A DNA stretch of 64,000 nt, from contig JACUUX010000005.1 of assembly GCA_014859105.1 (NCBI GenBank), positions 1,759 to 65,758 of the forward strand. The letters are read 5' to 3'. Below are positions 41,155 through 51,864 of this stretch, one piece after another. Positions within the stretch are counted from its first letter, which is position 1. Each line of letters starts with the position of its first letter. Origin of the DNA: Nitrospirota bacterium (GTDB taxonomy: Bacteria; Nitrospirota; Thermodesulfovibrionia; Thermodesulfovibrionales; SM23-35). The position numbers and the translations under genes were made by a program. The notes beneath the pieces are model-generated. The model ran no database searches. It was not told where the DNA came from and worked only from the letters and a program-made list of their open reading frames with translations.

Positions 41155-42840
41155 ATGAAAACTGACAGGCTACTCGATGAAATAAAGTCAAAAGTTGACA
41201 TCGTAGAATTTATATCCGATTACGTCCCTTTAAAAAAATCTGGCCAGAACTATAAAGGACTCTGCCCTTTCCACTCTGAAAAAACTCCATCATTTATGGT
41301 CAGCCAGTCCAAACAGATCTTCCACTGTTTCGGATGCGGAGCAGGTGGCGATTTGATAAGTTTCTTAATGAAACATGATAATCTGACATTTGGTGAAGCA
41401 ATACGGTATATCGCAAAAAAGGCCGGGATAAATTTAAAAGACTTTAAGTTCGATAAAAATAATACTTCTGAAAAGCGTGAAAAACTAATACAGGCAAATG
41501 AGGAGGCAATAAAGTTTTATTCAAGAAACCTTGCTGATTCAGAGACAGCTAAAACATATCTCAAAAAAAGAGGTATTGCGGAAGAATCTATTCTCAGCTT
41601 TCGGATAGGTTATGCAAACGATGAGAGAGACGGCCTTTTCAGACATATGAAGAAGATGGGATACAGCGACTCTTTGATAAAAGACGCAGGGCTCATTGTA
41701 GCAGATGGCAGAGGATACAGGGATTTATTCAGGAAACGTATCATTTTCCCGATATATAATCTGCAGAATGATGCAATCGCATTCGGAGGCAGGGTTACGG
41801 ACGATTCTCTTCCCAAATACATTAACTCACCCGAAACCGGGGTGTTTAAAAAGAGCGAATCCCTTTTCGCGATAAGCCTTTCTAAGGAGGCTATCAGAAA
41901 GAAAGGTCTTGCCATTATTGTCGAGGGATATCTTGATGCTATTATATGTCACCAATATGGTTTTAAAAATACAGTTGCACCTCTCGGAACAGCTCTCACT
42001 CCGATGCACTTGCGCAGGCTAAAATTAGTTGCCAGAAAAGTCATTTTGATTTTCGATGCTGATGAAGCAGGCATTGCTGCTGCAAGAAGGTCACTGTCAA
42101 CACTTGCTGAACTTGACTTCAGATCTAAGGTCATGTTATTGCCCCGAGGTGAAGACCCCGACAGCTTCCTCAGAAAACATGGCAACAAGACATTTAAGAA
42201 AATGCTTGCTGAGGCAATGTCGATGGTGGAATTTCTGCTTAAGACATCAAAAGGAGATAAAATTGACAATGTAAGAGAGACACTTGGTATTATTTCAGCT
42301 ATGCAAGACCTGATTATAGCGGATGAGATGTTAAATGAACTTTCTGACAGATCAAAAATCAACGAGGCTGTTCTCAGAGAGGAACTTAAAAAGATAAAAA
42401 AGAATTTAAAGTTAAGTAGCCATGCAATAGAGATGAAACCAGTCGGGACACAAATTAACAGGGAAGAATGTATTCTGCTAAGCGCTATCATCTCCTTTCC
42501 GGAAAAGGCTGATGATGTACTTTCAAGACTGGTTATTGAAGATCTGACGGATGCAAATATCAGATCGATATTAAGAAAAATTGAAGCGGTTAAAGATAAT
42601 TTAAACATAAGTACATTGCTTGAGAAGGCTGACGAGAAAGAAAGGGCACTGATTACAGAGCTTTCATTTAACCCGGGCTTTGATCCTGAACATGTTGAGA
42701 AAAATATTAATGATTGTCTGAATATCCTGAGACAACGAAAATTCGAGGAGAAAAGAAAAATCGCCGAGGAATACGGGGATATCTCACTACTTGATTCATT
42801 ATTAAAAGAAAAACGGAGGCTTATTAAGAAGGAGCGATAA
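41155..42840 (+). CDS. dnaG: DNA primase
   Basis: Zn finger [11 protein letters not shown]...CFGCG and a TOPRIM domain (EGYLD, DADEAG). Confidence 0.95.
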   Translation: MKTDRLLDEIKSKVDIVEFISDYVPLKKSGQNYKGLCPFHSEKTPSFMVSQSKQIFHCFGCGAGGDLISFLMKHDNLTFGEAIRYIAKKAGINLKDFKFDKNNTSEKREKLIQANEEAIKFYSRNLADSETAKTYLKKRGIAEESILSFRIGYANDERDGLFRHMKKMGYSDSLIKDAGLIVADGRGYRDLFRKRIIFPIYNLQNDAIAFGGRVTDDSLPKYINSPETGVFKKSESLFAISLSKEAIRKKGLAIIVEGYLDAIICHQYGFKNTVAPLGTALTPMHLRRLKLVARKVILIFDADEAGIAAARRSLSTLAELDFRSKVMLLPRGEDPDSFLRKHGNKTFKKMLAEAMSMVEFLLKTSKGDKIDNVRETLGIISAMQDLIIADEMLNELSDRSKINEAVLREELKKIKKNLKLSSHAIEMKPVGTQINREECILLSAIISFPEKADDVLSRLVIEDLTDANIRSILRKIEAVKDNLNISTLLEKADEKERALITELSFNPGFDPEHVEKNINDCLNILRQRKFEEKRKIAEEYGDISLLDSLLKEKRRLIKKER

Positions 42841-44399
42841 TGAAGTATAATTCTGATTACTTTGATTATTTTGAATACTACAATAAGGAAAGAGACGATC
42901 TTGATTTTGAGGCAGAAGCTGAGGATGTCGAATTAGACGAAGAAATAAAACCCTCTTTTATTGAAAGTGAAAAAGACCCGGTCCGTATTTATTTAAGGGA
43001 GATGAGTACCGTACCTTTACTAACAAGAGAAGGTGAAATCGAAATTGCTAAAAGAATAGAAAAGGGAAGAGAAAAAGTCTACAGGGTAATATTTTCAATG
43101 CCCTTCGTGCTTAAAAAACTGATTATGATGGGAAAGCTGTTCAAGAGCGGGGAAGCACCGGTTACAGATATAATTCAGGTCAGCGAAGATGACACCGAAG
43201 AAGAGCTGCTCTCGTACAGAAAGAGATTTTTTGAGATTACAAAGGAAATAGACTATTTAAATAAAAAAAGAAGATTCTACCTGAAAAGATTTAAAGAAAT
43301 TACATCCCTTATAAACTCAAAAGAAACTTCCAAAAATAAAATTACTAGGGAAAATATCAACATATATCAAAAATATATTACGATTCTCGAGGAAAACAGA
43401 AAACAGATATTAGAAAAAATCAGGGAGTTAAGATTAAAAGAGGATGTTATAACAGCATTTTCGGAAGAATTGAAGCGGACAGTTTCAGAATTGGACTCTA
43501 TTCAGAAAAAAATCTCAAATTTAAATAAAAAATGTAAAATTGTTAAATTTGATAAAGAGAGAGAACTCCAGCAGTGCCTCAAGAAGATTAAGAAAAAGGA
43601 AATTGTATTTGGCATGAAGGCTTCCGAGATCAAAAAAGCATTGAAGGTTCTTCTGGAAGGAGAAAAAAAAGTATTCGAAGCGAGAAAAGCCATGATAGAG
43701 GCAAATCTGAGGCTCGTAATAAGTATAGCAAAACGCTATTTGGGAAGAGGGCTAAGCTTTTCTGATCTTATTCAGGAAGGTAATAGCGGGCTTATGAGAG
43801 CTGTTGATAAGTTTGAATATAAACGTGGATACAAATTCAGCACTTATGCAACCTGGTGGATCAGACAGGCAATCAGCAGGGCACTTGCGGACCAATCAAG
43901 AACTATAAGGATACCGGTACACATGGTTGAAACCATTAATAAAATCACAAAAGTGTCAAGGGAGCTTGTACAGGAACTTGGCAGAGAACCGGCACCCAGG
44001 GAGATTGCCGAAAAACTGAAAATGCCTGTTGAAAAGGTAATGGCAATTTTAAAGATATCAAAAGAGCCTATTTCTCTTGAAACTCCTATAGGCGAGGAAG
44101 ACAGTCACTTAGTGGACTTCATAGAGGATAAAGCAATATTATCTCCGCTCGATTTTGCAATACAGGATGACATGAGAGAAAAAATCAATAAAATTTTATG
44201 CTCACTTCCTCCAAAAGAAGAAAAAATCATCAGAAAGAGATTTGGTATAGGCGTTGATCTGCCGCATACACTTGAGGAGGTCGGACAGGAATTCGACGTG
44301 ACCCGTGAAAGAATAAGACAGATTGAGGTAAAAGCAATAAGAAAATTGAGACACCCATCAAGAAGCAAATGGCTCAGGGAATTTATTGAAAAGCCTTGA
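42840..44399 (+). CDS. rpoD: RNA polymerase sigma factor RpoD (primary)
   Basis: Regions 1.2-4.2, [25 protein letters not shown], in the MMS operon context. Confidence 0.95.
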   Translation: MKYNSDYFDYFEYYNKERDDLDFEAEAEDVELDEEIKPSFIESEKDPVRIYLREMSTVPLLTREGEIEIAKRIEKGREKVYRVIFSMPFVLKKLIMMGKLFKSGEAPVTDIIQVSEDDTEEELLSYRKRFFEITKEIDYLNKKRRFYLKRFKEITSLINSKETSKNKITRENINIYQKYITILEENRKQILEKIRELRLKEDVITAFSEELKRTVSELDSIQKKISNLNKKCKIVKFDKERELQQCLKKIKKKEIVFGMKASEIKKALKVLLEGEKKVFEARKAMIEANLRLVISIAKRYLGRGLSFSDLIQEGNSGLMRAVDKFEYKRGYKFSTYATWWIRQAISRALADQSRTIRIPVHMVETINKITKVSRELVQELGREPAPREIAEKLKMPVEKVMAILKISKEPISLETPIGEEDSHLVDFIEDKAILSPLDFAIQDDMREKINKILCSLPPKEEKIIRKRFGIGVDLPHTLEEVGQEFDVTRERIRQIEVKAIRKLRHPSRSKWLREFIEKP

Positions 44400-44472
44400 C
44401 CAGATAATTAAAATATTTTTATATTATTATTTATGCATTATCGTTTGTAATTCTTATTTTGAGCTTTTTACA

Positions 44473-44548
44473 GGGCCCATAGCTCAGCTGGAAGAGCTAC
44501 CGGCTCATAACCGGTTGGTCCCAGGTTCGAGTCCTGGTGGGCCCACCA
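44473..44548 (+). tRNA. tRNA with CAU anticodon (elongator Met or lysidine-modified Ile2)
   Basis: Cloverleaf: acceptor GGGCCCA/TGGGCCC, D stem GCTC/GAGC, anticodon stem ACCGG/CCGGT with loop CTCATAA, T arm CCAGG-TTCGAGT-CCTGG, encoded CCA. Confidence 0.9.
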
Positions 44549-44595
44549 TTAACAGGTCATAGATAGAGAATAGAGTTTATGGAATATAATTAAAA

Positions 44596-45312
44596 ATGAC
44601 AGTTAAGCACCAACTTAAAAGTTTAATAGAACTACAGCAAATTGACTCAAAAATCTTTGATACAAAGAGAATATTAGATAAGATTCCATTAAAAATATCT
44701 GAAGCAGAAAAACCATTTAAAGACTCAGAGGCTGCTCTTGATATCATCAAACAAAAGCTTTCCTCCCTTGAAAAGAAAAAACGTGGCAAAGAAAGGCAAC
44801 TGGACGATATAAATGAGAAGATTAATAAGCTGAAAGTCCGCGTTTCAGAAATAAAAACAAATAAAGAATATCAGGCCCATCTTAAAGAGATAGAATCCGT
44901 AGAAAAGGAAAGGTATTCAATGGAAGACGAGATACTCATTATCATGGAAGAAATTGATAATACTTCCAGACAGACGGAATCAGAAGAGGCAAATCTTAAA
45001 AAACAAAAGGATAAAATCGAAGTTTTAAAAAAGAAACTCCAGGAAGAAAAGTCAAAGGTAGAGAAAGAACTGATGACCGTCAAAGAAATGCGAACGAAGA
45101 TTGTAGAGACATTAGATGAGGATTTGTATAATCAATATATTAACCTTATTGAATCATGTAATGGGCTGGCAGTTGTAGAAGCAGAGAATGAAATCTGCCA
45201 GGGATGCAACATGAACATACCGCCGCAACTTTTTGTAGAATTAAAAAAGAATGATGAAATCATTAACTGCCCTCAATGCCGAAGAATACTTTATTACAAA
45301 AATAATAAATAA
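44596..45312 (+). CDS. coiled-coil protein with C-terminal C4 zinc ribbon (COG1579/DUF164-like)
   Basis: Long heptad-rich region, then CQGC...CPQC. Confidence 0.7.
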   Translation: MTVKHQLKSLIELQQIDSKIFDTKRILDKIPLKISEAEKPFKDSEAALDIIKQKLSSLEKKKRGKERQLDDINEKINKLKVRVSEIKTNKEYQAHLKEIESVEKERYSMEDEILIIMEEIDNTSRQTESEEANLKKQKDKIEVLKKKLQEEKSKVEKELMTVKEMRTKIVETLDEDLYNQYINLIESCNGLAVVEAENEICQGCNMNIPPQLFVELKKNDEIINCPQCRRILYYKNNK

Positions 45313-45404
45313 CACGTTTTTATAATACCTTTAAAGAATTTTTATAAAAATTCGTCCTCTTTTAAAAATTAAATAGTTATTATATAATAATAAAACTTTA
45401 TTAT

Positions 45405-45801
45405 AAGTCAGAGCAGGGAAGTGGTCGCTCGGCTTTGATTTTTAATCATAGCCGAGAGGAAAGTCCGAACTCCGCAGGGCAAGGCGCTCCGTAATACGGA
45501 GTGGGGGAAACCCTAAGGAAAGTGCCACAGAAAGGGAAACCGTCCCGACTTTGTCGGAATAAGGGTGAAAAGGTGAGGTAAGAGCTCACCAGTTGGGGTG
45601 GTAACACCTCAAGCTTGGTAAACCCCGCCTGGAGCAAGGTCAAATAGGTTCCGCCTTGAGAAGGGCCCCTTCGAATCCTGACCTGCATAATGGAATCAGG
45701 GAGGCGGAACGGGTAAGGACTGCAAGAGTCTGATGGCAACATAAGACCTTAGATGAATGACCACACATATACAGAACTCGGCTTACAGCCTGCTCTGACT
45801 T
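45405..45801 (+). ncRNA. rnpB: RNase P RNA, bacterial type A
   Basis: P1 pairing AAGTCAGAGCAGG / CCTGCTCTGACTT. Conserved GAGGAAAGTCCG, ACAGAAA, GGTAAGAGCTCACC, GGTAAACCCC and ACAGAACTCGGCTTACAG. Confidence 0.95.
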
Positions 45802-45851
45802 ACAAAGTTACTGAGGAGTTCATATTTCAATTCAGTTTTGGGAGGGTATGA

Positions 45852-46760
45852 ATGGAAGATCACAAGCTGAAAGTCTTCTGCACAGTAGCAGAAACAAAAA
45901 GTTTCTCCAAGACCTCTGAAATTATCCATCTCACACAACCTGCTGTAAGCCTTCAGATTCAGGCCCTTGAAGAGAAATACGAAACAAAATTATTTGACAG
46001 ATCCTCCAGCACCGTTACACTGACTCCTACAGGCGAGATTCTGTATAAATACGCAAAAGAAATCCTTGCTTTATATGCGTCCGCTGAAAAGACTATAGGA
46101 AAACAAACAGGACTCGTCAAGGGAAGTTTAACAATTGGTGCAGGTTCGAATATTGGTAATTATATCCTTCCAAGTGTAATTACAGAGTTCAGGGCTACAC
46201 ATCCTAAGATAAAAATATATCTTATTGTTGGTAACACAAAAAGGGTTGTTGAATTACTGAATGCCGGCAATATAGACGTAGGCCTTGTTGAGGGTGATGT
46301 CTCGCGGCAAAAAATGATTGTTAAAAAACTTCTTTCTGACGAACTCATCTTGATAGTACCACCAAATCATCCATGGGCAAAGAAAAAGGAAGTTTCTATA
46401 TCAGAATTAGTCAAAGAACCCTTTATCTTCAGAGAAGCCGGATCAGGAACAAGGCAGATCATTGAAAAATTTTTAGCCAGGCACGGCATTACACCTCACG
46501 ACATGAAGATATCAGCTGTTCTTGGAAGTACAGAAGCGATTAAAGATGCTGTCGAGAATGGCCTGGCAATCTCAATAATATCACGCTGGGCAGCGAGAAA
46601 GGAAAGCAAATACGGTACATTACGGCTCCTCGGGTTAAAAGAGGAGAAGATGATGAGAGATTTTTCAGTCATTTTTAATAAAAATGCGGTTTCATCAAAT
46701 GCCCTCGACGAGTTTTTAGCATTCCTGAAATCGTATCCCTTTGATAAGCTGTTACCTTAA
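45852..46760 (+). CDS. LysR family transcriptional regulator
   Basis: N-terminal wHTH (FSKTSEIIHLTQPAVSLQIQALE) and a substrate-binding domain. Confidence 0.85.
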   Translation: MEDHKLKVFCTVAETKSFSKTSEIIHLTQPAVSLQIQALEEKYETKLFDRSSSTVTLTPTGEILYKYAKEILALYASAEKTIGKQTGLVKGSLTIGAGSNIGNYILPSVITEFRATHPKIKIYLIVGNTKRVVELLNAGNIDVGLVEGDVSRQKMIVKKLLSDELILIVPPNHPWAKKKEVSISELVKEPFIFREAGSGTRQIIEKFLARHGITPHDMKISAVLGSTEAIKDAVENGLAISIISRWAARKESKYGTLRLLGLKEEKMMRDFSVIFNKNAVSSNALDEFLAFLKSYPFDKLLP

Positions 46761-46768
46761 GTTTCTGT

Positions 46769-48376
46769 TTAATCATCATTTTCACTTTTAAAATACCTAT
46801 AATCGATTTTCTGGAATATATTATCTATGTCTTCTATCTCTTTGAGCTTTTCTCTTGAAATATTCCCTGTTATAATTGAGTGATAAAGATAATTGAATCT
46901 GCCTATATGTTCCGCAAAACGTTTTCTTGCGTATTCTGAAGTGTTGCCGGTCCTTATCATAAATGTCCAGTCACTCTGCTGTGATAAAAGAAGTTCCCTC
47001 GCAGCCTGGTTGAGCGTCCTTTTCTGAATATTATCTGCCTCAAAAAATTTATCTGCAAGATATATCATCCTTTCTGTAGCCTTCAATATGTGCGGATAAA
47101 CATAGTCATTAGATTCATTCAACCAGACTTCACTGTAACCCTTATAGCCCCAGCTCGACATTGATGGCTGACAGGCTTGTAAATATTCAGTTTGATGCGT
47201 GTTCAGATGCAGATACTCTGATGGTGTTACGGTTTTAAAATTCCTGCGTGTCCGGGATATACCTCTAAAAAGAAAATAAAGCCATTCAGGCCCTTCAAAC
47301 CACCAGTGACCGAAAAGCTCTGTATCATAAGTAGCAGTGATTACCGGTTTGATTTTTAGGGTTTGTGAGAGAAAATCAATCTGTAGTTCTCTGTTTTGAA
47401 TAAAATTATTTGCGTGTTCAGAAGCTTTCTCTTTTGCCTGCTCAATTACATAAGGTTCTTTATGATCTGTCTTCCCGGTTATTCTGTAATACTTGAGCCC
47501 GGTGTAGGTTTTTGTTCCGAATTGATTAATAAAAGCTTTTATATGCCCGCATTCAAGATCATACCCTATATCCCTGTAAAAATCCCTGTAATCAAAGTCC
47601 CCGGGATAACCAAAAATAGAAGACCAGACCTGTTGAGAAGATTCAACATCCCGCCCAAAAGCAAAAACACCTGAAGGACAGACTACCGGGGCATAAACAT
47701 TAAACCCCGGTGATGGATTTCCACAGGTTATTCCATGTGTTTCAAGGAAAAAAAACTTTATATCCTCCTCTTTCAGATAATTGTCAAAGCCCGGTTCATA
47801 GCCGCATTCAGGAAGCCAGATACCTTCAGGTTCCTTTCTGAAAAATTTTCTGTACAAAGCTGAGCCTATCTTTATTTGCGCTCTCACTGCCTGGGGATAT
47901 TTCGATAATGTGGGAAGAAATGCATGGGTAGCAGCAGAGGTTATAATTTCTATTTTTCCTGTTTGCTCCAACGCCTTAAAGGCAGCAACAATATCTCTAT
48001 GATACAGGTCCTCAAACAAATATCTTATTCTCCTGAACCTCTCATTATACATCCTTGTAACAGGCTCAAAATTGATATCCCCTCTTGTCCTGTAAACTTC
48101 TTTGTCTGATAGATCTATTAAATTCTCAATATGCCTTTTATATCTGTTGCGCAAAAGCCTGTCATTTAACATCTCAATAAGGGTTGGGCTAAGGGAAATT
48201 GTTATACGGAAATCTATTCCTTCATTTAAAAGTCTTATGAATACATCAAGGAGTGGTATATAAGTTTCTGTTATTGCCTCAAAAAGCCAGTTTTCCTCAA
48301 GGAAATATTCATATTCAGGATGTCTGATAAAGGGTAAATGGGCATGAAGAACAATGCAAAGATAGCCCTTATGCAT
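46769..48376 (-). CDS. GH57 family alpha-glucan branching enzyme-like protein
   Basis: LHAHLPF(I/V)RHPE opening, internal ELFGHWW, about 535 aa. Confidence 0.8.
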   Translation of the reverse strand: MHKGYLCIVLHAHLPFIRHPEYEYFLEENWLFEAITETYIPLLDVFIRLLNEGIDFRITISLSPTLIEMLNDRLLRNRYKRHIENLIDLSDKEVYRTRGDINFEPVTRMYNERFRRIRYLFEDLYHRDIVAAFKALEQTGKIEIITSAATHAFLPTLSKYPQAVRAQIKIGSALYRKFFRKEPEGIWLPECGYEPGFDNYLKEEDIKFFFLETHGITCGNPSPGFNVYAPVVCPSGVFAFGRDVESSQQVWSSIFGYPGDFDYRDFYRDIGYDLECGHIKAFINQFGTKTYTGLKYYRITGKTDHKEPYVIEQAKEKASEHANNFIQNRELQIDFLSQTLKIKPVITATYDTELFGHWWFEGPEWLYFLFRGISRTRRNFKTVTPSEYLHLNTHQTEYLQACQPSMSSWGYKGYSEVWLNESNDYVYPHILKATERMIYLADKFFEADNIQKRTLNQAARELLLSQQSDWTFMIRTGNTSEYARKRFAEHIGRFNYLYHSIITGNISREKLKEIEDIDNIFQKIDYRYFKSENDD

Positions 48377-48563
48377 TTACTATTATTTTCCCTGAACCTC
48401 TTTCAATCCTGCCAATAATATAAAAAATTCCACCACTGTTAAGATCCGACGGACCTAATTTCCCGGCTCAAACTGCTTTTTTAACTTTTTCTGTCATCTT
48501 GTATTTCAAAGTGTATTCTTGTTTTAATTAATGTTAACACATATCCTTTTACCTTATAGTACT

Positions 48564-49643
48564 TTATTCCGGAATTCTTTTGAACAGATAAATGGCAATT
48601 ATTCCAAATATTACCGGCATAATCCACGCAGCAAGTAGTGGCGGGAAAATTCCGGCATAGCCCATCGAAAGCATCAGTGTATATCCAAGCCAGTATAAAA
48701 AACTTATAAAAAGGCCGAGGCCCGCTGCGAACAGACTAACCCCTACCCTGCCACTTACTGACAGAGATATACCAAGTAAGAGCATAAATAAATTCGTAAA
48801 AGGATACGAGACCTTTGAGTTCATATCTACTTTCAGTTTTGAATCTTTAATACCCATAGTTTTTAATTTTTCTGTGTATCTGTAAAGCTCAAAAATACCC
48901 ATTTCTTCGGGCTTTTTAATCCTTTCTCCGAAGAACTCTGGCGATTCAAGATATGGATATCTCATCTCCGCCAGGCTTTTCACTGTCCCTTTTTCTATAT
49001 CGTATACATTTACATTTTTCAATATCCATGTGTTTTGAGACCCGTTGCCATCTACCCACTCTGCTTCCTCCGCCTCTATTCTCTTTTTGAGCATCGAGTG
49101 TTTGATTGTAAATAGACTAATTTTTTTAGCAATTTTCTTTTCTGGTAAATATAATTCAATATTAACAAGGGCGCCTTCTTTGGCCCTCATCCATAACGTT
49201 CCTTCTTTAAATTTAAATTCCTCCTGCTTTTTTTTAAGAGAATTTTTTAACTCACGAGCCCTTTCTGAAAAGTCAGGCACAACAACTTCCCCTATAAAAA
49301 AGCCGAAGAAACTGAACAGCATACCTAAAAAAACAAATGGATAAAAAAGTTTCTTCAGTCTTCCACCTATCGCTTTCAATGCTATGAGTTCTTTGTTCCT
49401 TGAAGCCTGACTGAATACGAACAAGCTACAAATAAGTAAAGCCATTGGCAGAAGGTAATAGAGATATTTGGGAAGGTTAAAAAATATATACAAAGAGAAA
49501 TTAATAATCGAGGGATTGCCCGCCATAAATTCATCTATTTTGTCTATTAAATCCAAAATGCTGAATATAAGTGCGAGTCCAAGGGCTATAATCCCGAGGA
49601 TCTTGAGAAATTCCTTTATATAATAAGCCTGTATTATTCTCAT
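48564..49643 (-). CDS. lptG: LPS export ABC permease LptG
   Basis: YjgP/YjgQ topology. ATG 49643 (MRIIQAYYIKEF) overlaps the lptF stop by 4 nt. Confidence 0.8.
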   Translation of the reverse strand: MRIIQAYYIKEFLKILGIIALGLALIFSILDLIDKIDEFMAGNPSIINFSLYIFFNLPKYLYYLLPMALLICSLFVFSQASRNKELIALKAIGGRLKKLFYPFVFLGMLFSFFGFFIGEVVVPDFSERARELKNSLKKKQEEFKFKEGTLWMRAKEGALVNIELYLPEKKIAKKISLFTIKHSMLKKRIEAEEAEWVDGNGSQNTWILKNVNVYDIEKGTVKSLAEMRYPYLESPEFFGERIKKPEEMGIFELYRYTEKLKTMGIKDSKLKVDMNSKVSYPFTNLFMLLLGISLSVSGRVGVSLFAAGLGLFISFLYWLGYTLMLSMGYAGIFPPLLAAWIMPVIFGIIAIYLFKRIPE

Positions 49644-50707
49644 TTCGAATATTCTTTTTTGAATATCAGAAAGGCAAGTACACCAAGTATAACAGATGGG
49701 CTCCAGGCACCGATATAATGTATTATCTTGCCCGCCTTTACGAGGTTCTCGCCATATAGTAAAAGCATGTAATAGAGAGTAAAGACTGCCAATCCCAGTG
49801 TTAATCCCCCAAGCCTGCCCGATTTTCCTGCTATCAACGCCAGAGGTGGTCCGAAAAATATAAGGATTATGCATAACAAAGGCAGTGAAACCCTTCTGTG
49901 AAGCTCAAGGTATAAACTTAGAGCATTACGTATATCCTCTTTTTTTATCTTCTGTATTATTTCAAAGGGAGTGAGTTCTGCTTTTTTTCCTGAAAAACTA
50001 TCAGATTCGAGCCTTAATACCATATTATATTTTTTAAAAAATAATTCTGTTGTTCTGTTCCCCTTTACAATATTAATGTAACCGTCCTTGAGATAAAAGT
50101 TTATGTCAAAATCTTTCTCTGTGTATATTTCTCCTTCTTTTGCTATCAAAACCCTCGGTTCTTTTTTATCCCGATTATCATATATAAAAATCCCCCGTAC
50201 GGTTTTATCAGAAACCCTTTCTTTTATATAAATTGTTGTGTCTTTGAATGATGAATTGAACCTTCCCTCTTCAATAGCAAGCGGAGTTCGAGCCTTTATA
50301 ATATTTGTTATCTCTTCCCTCAGTTTTATGCTACTTTTAGGCCCTAAGTAAAAACTAACCGCCATATTCAAAAAAAAACATAAAGTGCCAAGTAAAACAA
50401 CAGCCCTCGAAATATCTAAAAAATTCATACCACTGTTTCTGAGGATGATAATTTCATTATCGAAATTGAGACGGCCATAAACAAGAAGCGTAGACAACAG
50501 GAGGGCCATTGGAATGGTGAGCAAGAACAGCTGAGGCTGTATGTAAAAGATTATTCTGACCATATCCAATATAGATGTGCCAATGCCGGAAAGTAACCTG
50601 CTAAGCTTGAGCAGTTTCTCCATCATCAGAATAAAATTCAAAGAAGCAAGACTTAGGATAAATGTAAAGATTAATTCTTTTAATATCGATTTATGTATTA
50701 TTTTCAT
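49640..50707 (-). CDS. lptF: LPS export ABC permease LptF
   Basis: YjgP/YjgQ family. Start at ATG 50707 (MKIIHKSILKEL). Confidence 0.8.
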   Translation of the reverse strand: MKIIHKSILKELIFTFILSLASLNFILMMEKLLKLSRLLSGIGTSILDMVRIIFYIQPQLFLLTIPMALLLSTLLVYGRLNFDNEIIILRNSGMNFLDISRAVVLLGTLCFFLNMAVSFYLGPKSSIKLREEITNIIKARTPLAIEEGRFNSSFKDTTIYIKERVSDKTVRGIFIYDNRDKKEPRVLIAKEGEIYTEKDFDINFYLKDGYINIVKGNRTTELFFKKYNMVLRLESDSFSGKKAELTPFEIIQKIKKEDIRNALSLYLELHRRVSLPLLCIILIFFGPPLALIAGKSGRLGGLTLGLAVFTLYYMLLLYGENLVKAGKIIHYIGAWSPSVILGVLAFLIFKKEYSK

Positions 50708-50914
50708 GGATTGATAAGAATATAATATTTTATCATAATCATTCACTGTCCATTTATAAACTGAAAATCAGTCCGCAGGATGAAAGAAGAAAATTGTTTT
50801 ATATGTGCATTCTGATATTTTCTGTCACGTTTTGGTCACGGTAAAAAAAGGTAAAAATATGGATAACACTAATGTATAACAAGAAAAAAAAGGTGTTGGA
50901 TCAGACACATTTAG

Positions 50915-51051
50915 CAGCAATTCTCGGTGAAATTGAAAACCCTTGAGATTGCTTCGCTTCGCTCGCAATGACAAAACAATATTTCGTAAACAGTCATTGC
51001 GAGGGGCCTTATCCTGAAGCAATCTCCTAACTTTTTCGCCGAGAATTGCTG
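50915..51051. mobile_element. 137-bp MITE-like element with 13-14-bp TIRs and a flanking direct repeat
   Basis: TIRs are CAGCAATTCTCGG (50915..50927) and CCGAGAATTGCTG (51039..51051). Flanks are CACATTTA (50906..50913) and CACATTTA (51052..59). The interior holds two inverted CATTGCGAGG/GCAATC modules. Confidence 0.75.
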
Positions 51052-51175
51052 CACATTTATTTTCTTGTTAGTTTAAAGCTATGAAAATATGGTATTGTAT
51101 GCTAAACATTAAAGTTAGAGAAACCTCAAAGCTTTAAGGGCTTTGAAATTCTTATTCAATCAAGCGAGGGTAAAT

Positions 51176-51514
51176 ATGGGCAAAAAACTGTATGTAGGAA
51201 GTATCTCTTTCAATGCAACTGAGGAATCTCTCCGGGAACTCTTCTCAGGCATTGGAGAGGTTGAATCGGTGAAATTAATAACCGACAGGGACACGGGGCT
51301 TTCTAAAGGTTTTGGCTTTGTTGAAATGTCATCTGATGAGGATGCTAAAAAAGCTATAGAACAATTAAACGGCAAAACATTTATGGAACGTGCTTTGATC
51401 GTTAACGAGGCCAGGCCGCAGCAGCAAAGGGAGAGACGGGATTTCGGAGGAAGAGGAGGAGGAGGCGGTTTTGGACAAGGAAGGGGAACAGGTTATGGAA
51501 GAGGCAGGAGATAA
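51176..51514 (+). CDS. RRM-type RNA-binding protein with a Gly/Arg-rich tail
   Basis: RNP2 LYVGSI, RNP1 KGFGFVEM, and a C-terminal GGRGGGGGFGQGRG tail. Confidence 0.9.
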   Translation: MGKKLYVGSISFNATEESLRELFSGIGEVESVKLITDRDTGLSKGFGFVEMSSDEDAKKAIEQLNGKTFMERALIVNEARPQQQRERRDFGGRGGGGGFGQGRGTGYGRGRR

Positions 51515-51517
51515 ATT

Positions 51518-51712
51518 ATTATAGAGATAAAAGTAGTCGGCAATGATATAGAAAAAGCCATTAAAACTCTGAAACGCAAAGTTCAGATTGAAGGTCTTCT
51601 AAAGGAGCTCAAGACGAGAAGTTCCTATGAAAAGCCTTCAGTAAAAGAAAAACGGAAACGAGCAGAGGCACGCGAGAAAAGGGCGAAGGCTCAGAAACAC
51701 AGAAGGTTTTGA
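51518..51712 (+). CDS. ribosomal protein S21 paralog lacking any canonical start codon (proposed ATT start)
   Basis: The open frame 51515..51712 reads IIIEIKVVGNDIEKAIKTLKRKVQIEGLLKELKTRSSYEKPSVKEKRKRAEAREKRAKAQKHRRF. There is no in-frame ATG/GTG/TTG. AGGAG (51506..51510) lies 7 nt before ATT 51518. Confidence 0.6.
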   Translation: MIEIKVVGNDIEKAIKTLKRKVQIEGLLKELKTRSSYEKPSVKEKRKRAEAREKRAKAQKHRRF

Positions 51713-51864
51713 TAAGATTCTAAAAAGACATATCGATTTTGATACATAATCTTTTCCTGTTAACATCTGATATTGCTGCGGATATTATCGCCTTCATGGT
51801 TTGCTGCATGGGCAGTTCGGGGCGCTGACCCGCAAAGAATACCGAGCAAAAGGAGAAACAAGCA

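Noticed and set aside
41949-42608. 219-aa ORF antisense to dnaG
   Set aside because: It is embedded in the well-supported primase CDS, is Ser/Leu/Ile-rich with no motifs, and has no RBS.
45446-45742. 98-aa ORF on the minus strand
   Set aside because: It lies wholly inside the RNase P RNA gene.
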